Part shown: one piece after another, positions 1-12,000 of the stretch
How positions within the stretch are numbered: position 1 is the stretch's first letter
How the letters are laid out: each line of letters begins with the position of its first letter
NCBI GenBank assembly: GCA_038213805.1
Contig: JBBQSO010000006.1
Span: forward strand, 43,040-107,039
Direction of reading: 5' to 3'
Source of the DNA: Planctomycetota bacterium
Lineage (GTDB): Bacteria; Planctomycetota; UBA11346
Length of the DNA stretch: 64,000 bases
Translations under genes and position numbers: made by a program
Notes under the pieces: model-generated
Seen by the model: only the letters and a program-made list of their open reading frames with translations
What the model was told of the DNA's origin: nothing
Databases searched by the model: none

Positions 1-3000
1 ACGGCGAGCAAGACCAAGGATCTGGCCGGCAACTTCAACAGCGCCGCCACCAGCCTGGTCGTGGTCTTCGACTCGGTGCGCCCGACCGCCGCGTTCACCT
101 CGACGGTGTCGACCGCCACCACCAACCTCGCCACCATCCCGATGACCCTGACCTTCTCGGAGGTGGTCACCGGCTTTGACATCTCGCAGATCGCGGTCAC
201 CAACGGCGCCACCAGCAACGCCGCGGGCAGCGGTCGCACCTACACCTTCGACCTGGCGCCGACCGCCGAGGGCGCGGTGACGGTGAACTACGCCATCGGC
301 CAGGTCGCCGATGCGGCCAACAACACCAATACCGCCTCCGCCGCGTTCACCAGGACCTACGACACCACTGCGCCGACGATCTCGATCACCAGCACCGCGC
401 CGACCCTGACCAACGCGGTCATCCCGATCAAGATCACCTTCAGCGAGGCGGTCACCGGCTTCACCCTTGGCGACATCACCGTCGGCAACGGCACGGCCTC
501 GGCGCTGCTCGGCAGCGGCGCGAGCTATACCGCCAACGTCACCGCCACCACCGACGGGCAGGTCACCGTCGACGTGGCCGACGCGGTGTGCACCGACATC
601 GCCGGTAACGCCGATATCGCCGCCTCGCAGTTCAGCGTGGCCTTCGACAAGACCTCGCCGATCGCCACCATCGCCACCACCACGCCGACCCCGTCGAACG
701 TGCCCTTCGCGGTGACCGTGTCCTTCGACGAGGCGGTCACCGGCTTCGTCGCCAGCGACATGAGCGTGACCAACGGCGCGATCTCGGGCTTCGCGGGCAG
801 CGGCGCCAGCTACAGCATGGTCATCACCCCCGCCACGCAGGGCAACGTCACCATCACGATGACTGCGGCCAAGTGCCTCGACCTGGCGGGCAACAGCAAC
901 CTCGCCGCCACCGCGCTGGCCGTGGTCTTTGATACCGTGAAACCGACCGTGGTCTTCACCTCCACGATCAGCGCCGCCAGCACCAACCTGTCGACCATCC
1001 CGGTGACCGCCACCTTCTCGGAGGTGGTGACCGGCTTCAGCGACAGCCAGCTCACCCTGGTCAACGGCTCAACCGCCAATCTCGCCGGCAGCGGCCGCAC
1101 CTACACCTTCGACCTCAACCCCGGCGTCGAGGGCACGGTCACCGTCGCGCTGCCTGCGGGCCAGGCGACCGATGCGGCCGGCAACACCAACAGTCTGTCC
1201 ACCACCTTCAGCAAGGCCTACGACCTGACCGCGCCGACCGTGACGGTGACCGGCACCGGTCCGGCCGTGACCAACACCACCATCCCCATCCGCATCGTCT
1301 TCAACGAGGCGGTGAGCGGCTTCACCGTCGGCGACCTGACCGTGGTCGGCGGCACCGCCGGCTCGTTCGCGGGTTCGGGCGCCACCTACACCGCGGTCAT
1401 CACTGCGACCAGCGACGGCACCGTCACCGTGGATATCGACGCCGCGGTGTGCACCGACATCGCCGGCAACGCCCTGGCCGCGGGCACCGCGCAGTTCAGC
1501 GCGGTGTTCGACCATACCGCGCCGACCGCGACCATCGCCTCGACTTCGACCAGCCCGACCAGCGCCGCGTTCCCCGTGACCATCGTCTTCAGCGAGCCGG
1601 TGACGGCCTTCGTCGTCGCCAACGTCACCGTCACCAACGGCACCATCTCGGGCTTCTCGGGCAGCGGCGCCAACTACGCCTTCACCGTCACTCCGCCGGC
1701 CCAGGGCACCGCGGTGGTGGCTCTGACCGCGGGCAAGGTCAAGGACCTGGCCGGCAACTTCAACCTCGCGGCCGGCAGCCTGAGCATGGCCTTCGACAGC
1801 GTGCATCCGACCGTCGTGCTGAGCTCGACCCTGACCGTGGGCAGCACCAACCTCTCGACCATCCCGGTCACGGCGACCTTCTCGGAGACCGTCACCGGCG
1901 TCGACTTCACCACGTTGACCCTGGTCAACGGTGTGGTCGCCAACTTCACCGGCGGCGGCCGCACCTACACCTTCGATCTGAACCCGAGCGCCGAGGGCAC
2001 GGTCAGCGTCACCGTCCCCGCCAACAACGCGACCGACGGCGCCGGCAATGGCAACACCGCGAGCGCGACCTTCACCCGCGCCTACGACCTGACTGGGCCT
2101 ACCCCGACCATCACCTCGACCGCTGCCAACCTGGTCAGCACCACCATTCCGGTCGTGGTGACCTGGGATGAGGCCGTTACCGGCTTCACCCTCGCCGACG
2201 TCACCGTCGGCAACGGCACCGCGGGCTCCTTCGCCGGTTCGGGCGCCTCGTACAGCTTCCTGATCACCGCCACCGCCGACGGCACCGTCACCGTCGACAT
2301 CGCCGGTTCGACCTGCACCGATATCGCGACCAACATCAACAACGCCGCCACCCAGTTCAGCCGCGTGGTCTTCGACCACACCGCGCCGACGGCGGTCATC
2401 ACCACCACTGCGTCCAGCCGGACCAACGCCGCGATCCCGGTGACCATCACCTTCAGCGAGCCGGTGACGGCATTCGTCGCCACCAACGTCACGGTCACCA
2501 ACGGCGTGATCTCCGGTTTCGCGGGCAGCGGCGCGACCTACAGCTTCACCGTCACCCCGCCCGCCCAGGGCACCGCGACCATCGCCCTGGCCGCGAACAA
2601 GGTGAAGGACATCGCCGGCAACTTCAACCTCGCCGCGACCAGCCTGCCGGTGGTCTTCGATACCGTGCACCCGACCGTCGCGCTGACCGCAGCGCTGGCG
2701 TCGAGCAGCTTCAACACCGGCAGCTTCCACGTCACCGCGACCTTCAGCGAGGCGGTGACCGGCTTCGATGAAACCGATGTCACCGTGGTCAACGGCGCGG
2801 TCGCGAACCTCACCGGCAGCGGCGCGAGCTACAGCTTCGACGTCACCACCGCCGTCACCGGCGCGGTCGCGGTGTCGATCGCCGCCAACGTCTGCACCGA
2901 CCTGGCGACCAACAACAACCTGGCCTCGACCACCCTGACCAAGACCTATGACCTCAACGGTCCAGGCATGATCATCACCTCGACCGCGCCGGCGATCACC

Positions 3001-6000
3001 AAGGTGGCGATCCCGGTGACCATCACCTTCGACCAGCCGGTTACCGGCTTCGCGGTCGGTGACCTGACGGTTGGCAACGGCACGGCCGGCAGCTTCACCG
3101 GCAGCGGCGCGACCTACAGCGCGGTGCTGACCGCCAGTGGCGACGGCACCGTCACCCTTGATATCGCCGCGGGGGTCTGCCAGGACCTCGCCGCCAACGA
3201 CAACACCAGCGGCATCCAGTTCGTCCGCACTTTCGACTCGACTGCCCCGACCGCGGTCTTCGCCACCACCGCGGCCAACCCGAGCAATGTCGCCATCCCC
3301 GTCACGGTGACCTTCAGCGAGACCGTGACCGGCTTCACGGCCAGCGCCCTGACCCTGACCAACGGCACTGTGTCGGCCTTCGCGGGCTCGGGAGCGACCT
3401 ACAGCTTCACGCTCTCCGCGGTCGCCCAGGGCACCGTGACGGTGGCCTTCGCGGCCAACAAATACCATGACGTGCCCGGCAACTTCAATACGGCCACCAC
3501 CACCATGAGCGTGGTCTTCGACACCGTGCGGCCGAGCGTCACCCTGACCTCCTCCGTGGCCTCGGCGACCTTCAACACCGGCACCTTCCCGGTGGTGGTG
3601 ACCTTCAGCGAGGCGGTGACCGGCTTCGACGCGAGCTCGCTCACGATCGGCAACGGCGCCGTCGCCAACTTCGCCGGCAGCGGCGCGAGCTACAGCTTCG
3701 ACGTCACCACCGCCACCCCCGGTGCGGTCACGGTGGCGGTCGCGGCCAGCGTCTGCACCGACCTGGCGATCAACGACAACTTCGCATCGACAGTGCTGAC
3801 GAAGACCTACGACACCACCGGCCAGACCCCGGTGATCGCCTCGACGGCGCCGGCGCTGACCAACGCGGCGATCCCGATCACCGTGACCTTCGGCCAGGCC
3901 GTCACCGGCTTCACCTCGGGTGATCTGACCGTCGGCAACGGCACGGTCACGGCCTTCAGCGGTTCAGGCGCGACCTACGCCGCGACCATCACCGCGACCA
4001 CCGACGGCACCGTGACCGTCGACATCGCCGCGGGCGTCGCCCAGGATCTCGCCGGCAACGACACCAGCACCGGTGCGCAGTTCTCGCGCAGCTTCGACCA
4101 CACCCTGCCGACCGCGGCCATCGCCTTCGGCGGCGCCAACCCGACCAACGTCGCGATCCCGGTGACGGTGACCTTCAGTGAGCCGGTGAGCGGCTTCCTG
4201 GCTACCGCGCTGACCTTGACCAACGGCTCGGTCTCGGCCTTCGCCGGCTCGGGCGCGACGTACACCTTCACCATGACTGCGACCACGCAGGGCACCGTGA
4301 CGGTGGCCTTCGCGGCCAGCAAGTACCGCGACCTGGCGAACAATCTCAACACCGCGACCACCACCCAGAGCGCGGTGTTCGACACCGTGCGGCCGACCGT
4401 GGTGCTGAGCACCAGCCTGGCCTCGGCCAGCTTCAACAGCGGCACCTTCCATGTCATCGCGACCTTCAGTGAGGCGGTGACCGGCTTCGACGTCAGCGAT
4501 GTGACCGTGACCAATGGTGCGGCCGCGGGCTTCACCGGCACCGGCGCGAGCTACGCCTTCGACGTGACCACGGCTACCCTGGGCGCGGTTTCGGTGTCGA
4601 TCGCGGCCAACGTCTGCACCGACCTGGCGATCAACAACAACGTCGCCTCGAGCGCGCTGGTCAAGACCTACGACACCAACGGGCCTGCAGTGGTCGTCAC
4701 CTCGAACGCCCCGGCGCTGACCAACACCACCATTCCCATCACCGTGACCTTCGACCAGGCCGTCACCGGCTTCATCGCGGGCGACCTGACGGTGGGCAAC
4801 GGCACGGTCTCGGCCTTCAGCGGCTCGGGCGCGACCTATGCGGTGACCATCACGGCGACCACTGACGGCACCGTGACCGTCGACATCGCGGGCGGCGTCG
4901 CCCAGGACCTGGCCGGCAACAACAACACCACCGGCGCGCAGTTCTCGCGCACCTTCGACCACACCCTGCCGACCGCGGCCATCGCCTTCACCGGCGCCAA
5001 CCCGAGCAACGTCGTCCTGCCCGTGACGGTGACGTTCAGCGAGCCGGTGAGCGGCTTCCTGGTCAGCGCGCTGACCCTGACCAACGGCACCGCCTCGGCG
5101 GCGACCGGCAGCGGCGCGACCTACAGCTTCACCGTGACCGCGACCACGCAGGGCACCGTGACGGTGGCCTTTGCGACGACCAAGTACCGTGACCTGGCAG
5201 GCAACTTCAATACCGCGACGACCACCCAGAGCGCGGTGTTCGACACCGTGCGGCCGACCGTGGCGCTGAGCACCAGCCTGACCTCGGGCAGCTTCAACAG
5301 CGGCAGCTTCCACGTCATCGCGACCTTCAGCGAAGCGGTGACCGGCTTCGACGTCAGCGATGTGACCGTGACCAATGGCGCGGCCGCCGGCTTCACCGGC
5401 ACCGGCGCCAGCTACGCCTTCGACGTGACCACGGCCACCGTGGGCGCGGTCTCGGTGTCGATCGCGGCCAACGTCTGCACCGACCTGGCGATCAACAACA
5501 ACGTCGCGTCGAGCGCGCTGGTCAAGACCTACGACACCTCGGCCCCGGGCCTGCTCATCACCTCGGCCGCTCCGGCCATCACCAACAGCACCATTCCGCT
5601 CACCGTGACCTTCGACCAGGCGGTGACCGGCTTCATCGCGGGCGACCTGACCGTCGGCAACGGCACGGTCACGGCCTTCAGCGGCTCGGGCGCGACCTAT
5701 GCGGTGACCATCACCGCGACCACCGACGGTACTGTGACCGTCGATATCGCGGGCGGCGTCGCCCAGGACCTGGCCGGCAACAACAACACCACCGGCGCGC
5801 AGTTTGCGCGCACCTTCGACCACACCGCTCCGACCGCGGCGATCGCCCTGGGCGGCGCCAACCCGACCAACACCACCATCCCCGTGACGGTGACCTTCAG
5901 CGAGCCGGTGAGCGGCTTCCTGGTCAGCGCGCTGACCCTGACCAACGGTACCGCCTCGGCGGCCACCGGCAGCGGCGCGACCTACAGCTTCACCGTGACC

Positions 6001-9000
6001 GCGACCACGCAGGGCACCGTGACGGTGGCCTTCGCGACGACGAAGTACCGCGACCTGGCGGGCAACTTCAACACTGCGACCACCACCCAGAGCGCGGTGT
6101 TCGACACCGTCCGCCCAACGGTTGCGCTGACCAGCACCACGACCTCGCCGCTGTTCAACACCGGGACCTTCCGCGTCATCGCGACCTTCAGTGAGGCGGT
6201 GACCGGCTTCGACGTCAGCGATGTCACGGTCTCGAACGGTGCGGCCTCGGGCTTCACCGGTACGGGCGCGAGCTACGCCTTCGACGTCACCACTGCCACC
6301 ATCGGGCAGGTCTCGGTGTCGATCGCGGCCAACGTCTGCACCGACCTGGCGATCAACAACAACGTCGCCTCGAGTGCCATGGTCAAGACCTATGACACCA
6401 ACGGGCCGGGCGTGACCATCACCTCGACCGCCCCGGCGATCACCAATGCCGCCATCCCGGTGACCATCACCTTCGACCAGCAGGTCACCGGCTTCAGCCC
6501 GACCGACCTGACGATCGGCAACGGCAGCGTCGCGGCCTTCAGCGGCTCGGGCGCGACCTATGCGGTGACCATCACCGCGACCAGCGACGGCACTGTGACC
6601 GTCGACATCGCGGGTGGCGTCTGTCAGGACCTGGCCGGCAACAACAACACCACCGGCGCGCAGTTCTCGCGCACCTTCGACCATGTCGCGCCGACGTCCG
6701 CCATCACCCTGGGCGGCAGCAACCCGACCAACACCACCATCCCGGTGACGATCACGTTCAGCGAGACCGTGAGCGGCTTTGCCGCCAGCGCGCTGACCAT
6801 CACCAACGGTACCGCCTCGGCGGTCAGCGGCAGCGGCGCGACCTACGCCCTCACCGTGACCGCGACCACGCAGGGCACCGTGACGGTGGCCTTCGCGGCT
6901 AGCAAATACCGCGACCTCGCCGGCAACTTCAACACCGCGACCACCACCCAGAGTGCGCTCTTCGACAGCGTGCGGCCGACCGTGGTGCTGAGCACCAGCC
7001 TGGCTTCGAGCAGCTTCAACACCGGCAGCTTCCATGTCATCGCGATCTTCAGCGAGGCGGTGACCGGCTTCGACGTCAGCGATGTGACCGTGACCAACGG
7101 CGCGGCCGCCGGCTTCACCGGCACCGGCGCGAGCTACGCCTTCGACGTCACCACGGCGACCCCGGGCGTGGTCACGGCGTCGATCGCGACCAGCGCCTGC
7201 GCTGACGCCGCGACCAACGCGAACCTCGCGTCGAACACCCTGTCCAAGGTCTTCAACACCACCGGACCGGTTCCGGCGATCGCCACGAGCGCTCCCGGCC
7301 TGACCAACACCACCATCCCGATCACCGTGACCTTCACCGCGCCGGTGACCGGCTTCACCCAGGGCGACCTGACCATCGGCAACGGCACGGTCTCGGCCTT
7401 CAGCGGCTCGGGCGCGACCTATGCGGCGACCATCACCGCGACCACCGACGGCACCGTGACCGTCGACATCGCCGCGGGTGTCGCCCAGGACCTGGCCGGC
7501 AACGACAACAGCACCGGCGTGCAGCTGGCGCGCACCTTCGACCACACCGCGCCGACCGCGGCCCTGGCCCTGGGCGGAGCCAACCCGACCAACACCACCA
7601 TCCCGGTGACGGTCACCTTCAGCGAGGCGGTGAGCGGCTTCGCGGCCAGCGCGCTGACCATCACCAACGGCACCGCCTCGGCGGTCAGCGGTAGCGGTGC
7701 GACCTACGCCTTCACCGTCACTGCGACCACGCAGGGCACCGTGACGGTGGCCTTCGCGGCGAACAAATACCGCGACTTCGCGAACAACTTCAACACTGCG
7801 ACCAGCACCCAGAGCGCGGTGTTCGACACCGTCCGTCCGACCGTGGTGCTGACCACCAGCCTGGTCTCGGGCAGCTTCAACACTGGCACCTTCCATGTCA
7901 TCGCGACCTTCAGCGAGGCGGTGACCGGCTTCGACGTCAGCGATGTGACGGTGACCAACGGCGCGGCCGCCGGCTTCACCGGCACCGGTGCGAGCTACGC
8001 CTTCGACGTCACCACCGCCGTCCAGGGTGCGGTGGGGGTCTCGATCTTGGCCAATGCCTGCACCGACCTGGCGATCAACAACAACGTCGCCTCGAACGCG
8101 CTGAGCAAGACCTACGACACCACCGGGCCGGTCCCGACCATCGCTTCGACCGCCCCCGCCATCACCAACGCCACCATCCCGATCACGGTGACCTTCGACC
8201 AGCCGGTGACCGGCTTCGTCTCGGGCGACCTGACCATCGGCAACGGCACGGTCTCGGCCTTCAGCGGCTCGGGCGCGACCTATGCGGCGACCATCACCGC
8301 GACCAGCGATGGCACCGTGACCGTCGACATCGCGGGCGGCGTCGCCCAGGACCTGGCCGGCAACAACAACACCACCGGCGTGCAGCTGGCGCGCACCTTC
8401 GACCACACCGCCCCGACCGCGGCCATCGCCTTCGCCGGCAGCAACCCGACCAACCTGGCGCTGCCCGTGACGGTGACCTTCAGCGAGCCGGTCAGCGGCT
8501 TCCTGGCCACCGCCCTGACGGTCAGCAATGGCGCGGTCTCGGCCTTCACCGGCAGCGGCGCGACCTACACCTTCACGGTCACGCCGTCCGCGCAGGGCAC
8601 CGTCACGGTCGCCTTCGCGGCCGGCAAGTACCGCGACCTCGCGACCAACCTCAACACCGCGACCACCACGCTGAGCACGATCTTCGACACCGTGCGTCCG
8701 ACCGTGGTGCTGAGCACCACCCTGGCCTCGAGCACCTTCAACACCGGCAGCTTCCACGTCATCGCGACCTTCAGCGAGGCGGTCACCAGCTTCGACGTCA
8801 GCGACGTCACGGTGACCGGCGGCGCGGCCTCGGCCTTCACGGGCACCGGTGCGAGCTACGCCTTCGACGTGACCACCGCCACCCCGGGCGCCGTCGGCGT
8901 CGCGATCGCCACCAGCGTGTGCACCGACCTCGCGACCAACAGCAACGTGGCCTCGAGCACGTTGACCAGGACCTATGACACCAGCGGCCCCGGTCTGGTC

Positions 9001-12000
9001 ATCACCTCGGCCGCTCCGGCTGCGACCAATGCGCCCATCCCGATCACGGTGACCTTCGACCAGCCGGTGACCGGCTTCGTCCAGGGCGACCTGACCGTCG
9101 GCAACGGCACGGTCACCGCCTTCAGCGGCTCGGGTGCGACCTACGCGGTGACCATCACCGCGACCACCGACGGCACCGTCACGGTCGACATCGCGGGCGG
9201 TGTCGCGCAGGATCTCGCCGGCAACGACAACACCACCGGCGCGCAGTTCTCGCGCACCTTCGACCACACCATCCCGACGGCGGCCATCGCTCTGGGCGGG
9301 CCCAACCCGACCAACAGCGCCATCCCGGTCACGGTGACCTTCAGCGAGCCGGTGAGCGGCTTCACCGCCGGCGCCCTGACCATTACCAACGGCGTGGTCT
9401 CGGCCTTCACGGGCAGCGGCGCGACTTACACCTTCACCGTCACGCCGCCCGCGCAGGGCACCGTGACGCTGGCCTTCGCGGCTGGCAAATACCGCGACAT
9501 CGCCGGCAACTTCAACACCGCCACCACCACCCAGAGCGCGGTGTTCGACACCGTCCGCCCGACCGTGGTGCTGACCACCAGCCAGGCCTCGGCCACCTTC
9601 AACACCGGCACCTTCCATGTGATCGCGACCTTCAGCGAGGCGGTGACCGGCTTCGACGTCAACGATGTGACGGTGACGAACGGTGCGGCCACGGCCTTCA
9701 CCGGCACCGGCGCGAGCTACGCCTTCGACGTCACCACCGCCGTCCAGGGCACCGTCGGCGTGGCCATCGCGACCAGCGTCTGCACCGACCTGGCGTCCAA
9801 CAACAACCTCGCTGCGACGACCCTGAGCCGCACCTACGACATCACCGGCCCGACCGTGACCATCGCCTCGGCCGCTCCGGCCCTGACCAACACCACCATC
9901 CCGATCACCCTGACCTTCAGCGAGGTGGTGACCGGCTTCACGACCGGCGACCTGACCGTCGGCAACGGCACGGTCACGGCCTTCAGCGGCTCGGGCGCAA
10001 CCTACGCGGCGACCATCACCGCGACCACCGACGGCTCGGTGACGGTCGACATCGCGGGCGGCGTCTGCACCGATCTCGCCGGCAACGGCAGCACCACCGG
10101 CACGCAGTTCAGCCGCACCTTCGACCACACCCTGCCGACCGCGGCCATCGCCTTCGCCGGAGCCAGCCCGACCAATGCGCCGCTCGCGGTGACGGTGACC
10201 TTCAGCGAGCCGGTGACCGGCTTCCTGGCCTCTGCCTTGACGGTCAGCAACGGCGCGGTCTCGGCCTTCACCGGCTCGGGCGCGACCTACACCTTCACGG
10301 TCACGCCGCCCGCGCAGGGCTCGGTCTCGGTCGCCCTCGCGGCCGCCAAGTACCATGACCTGGCCAACAACAACAACACCGCGACGACCACCCTGAGCGC
10401 GGTGTTCGACACCGTGCGCCCGACCGTGGTGCTGAGCACCGGCCTGACCTCGGCCACCTTCAACACCGGCACCTTCCATGTGATCGCGACCTTCAGCGAG
10501 GCGGTCACCAGCTTCGACGTCAGCGATGTGACGGTGACGAACGGCGCGGCCTCGGGCTTCACCGGCACCGGCGCGAGCTACGCCTTCGACGTCACCACGG
10601 CGACCGAAGGTGCCGTCGGCGTGGCCATCGCGGCCACCGTGTGCACCGACATCGCGACCAACAACAACGTCGCCTCGAACACGCTGACCAAGACCTATGA
10701 CGTCAGCGGCCCGGCCGTGACCATCACCTCGGCCGCCGCGGCCATGGTCAATGCGCCCTTCACCATCACCGTGACCTTCGACCAGGCGGTGACCGGCTTC
10801 GCCCTGGGCGACCTGACCGTGGGCAACGGTACGGCCTCGGCCCTGACCGGCTCGGGTGCGACCTACGCCCTGAGCATCAGCCCGACCGCTGATGGTACGG
10901 TGACCGTCGACATCGCGGCGGGCGTCGCCCAGGACCTGGCCGGCAACGACAACACCACCGGTGCGCAGTTCAGCCGCACCTACGACCACACCCTGCCGAC
11001 CGCGGCCATCGCGATCAGCGGCGCCAACCCGACCAACGTCCCGATCCCGGTCACGGTGACCTTCAGCGAGCCGGTCAGCGGCTTCCTGGCCACTGCCCTG
11101 ACCGTCACCAACGGCTCGGTCTCGGGCCTCACCGGCAGCGGTGCGACCTACAGCTTCACGGTCACGGCGACCGCGCAGGGCACCGTGACGGTGGCCTTCG
11201 CGGCCAACAAGTACCGCGACCTCGCGGGCAACTTCAACACCGCGACCACCACGCTGAGCACCCTGTTCGACAGCGTCGGGCCGACCGTGACCCTGACCAG
11301 CACGTCGACCAGCCGCACGCGTCTGCAGCCGATCCCGGTCACCGCGACCTTCAGCGAGTCGGTCACCGGGTTCGTGGTCGGCGACCTGACGGTCAGCAAC
11401 GGCACCGCGGGCAACTTCACCGGCACCGGCCGCACCTACACCTTCGACATCACCCCGACGGCGGCCGGTGTCCTGACGGTGAGCATCGCCAGCGGGGTGG
11501 CCACCGACGCGGCCGGCAACGGCAACACCACGTCCAACACCCTGTCGCGCACCTTCGATGACACCGGCCCGCGCCCGGTCATCACCTCGGCGGCGCCGAG
11601 CCTGGAGAAGACCCCCACCATCAGCGTGACGGTGACCTTCCCCGAGTCGGTGAGCGGCTTCACGGTCGCGGATCTCACCATCGGCAACGGCTTCGCCACC
11701 GCCTTCGCAGGCTCGGGCGCGACCTACACCTTCACCCTCAACCAGGGCCAGGGCACAGTAACGGTGGACATCGACGACAACGTCTGCGTCGATCTCGCCG
11801 GCAACGGCAACCTCTCGGCGGTGCAGTTCACCCGCACCTACGACAGCATCCCGCCGACCGCGGTGGTGACGACCAGCGGCGGGGTGGCGACCAACTCCGC
11901 GGCGATCGCCTACACCATCACCTTCAGCGAGGACGTGACGGGCTTCGCCCTGAACAAGCTGACGGTGATCAACGGCACCGCCAGCTCGCTGGCCGGCACG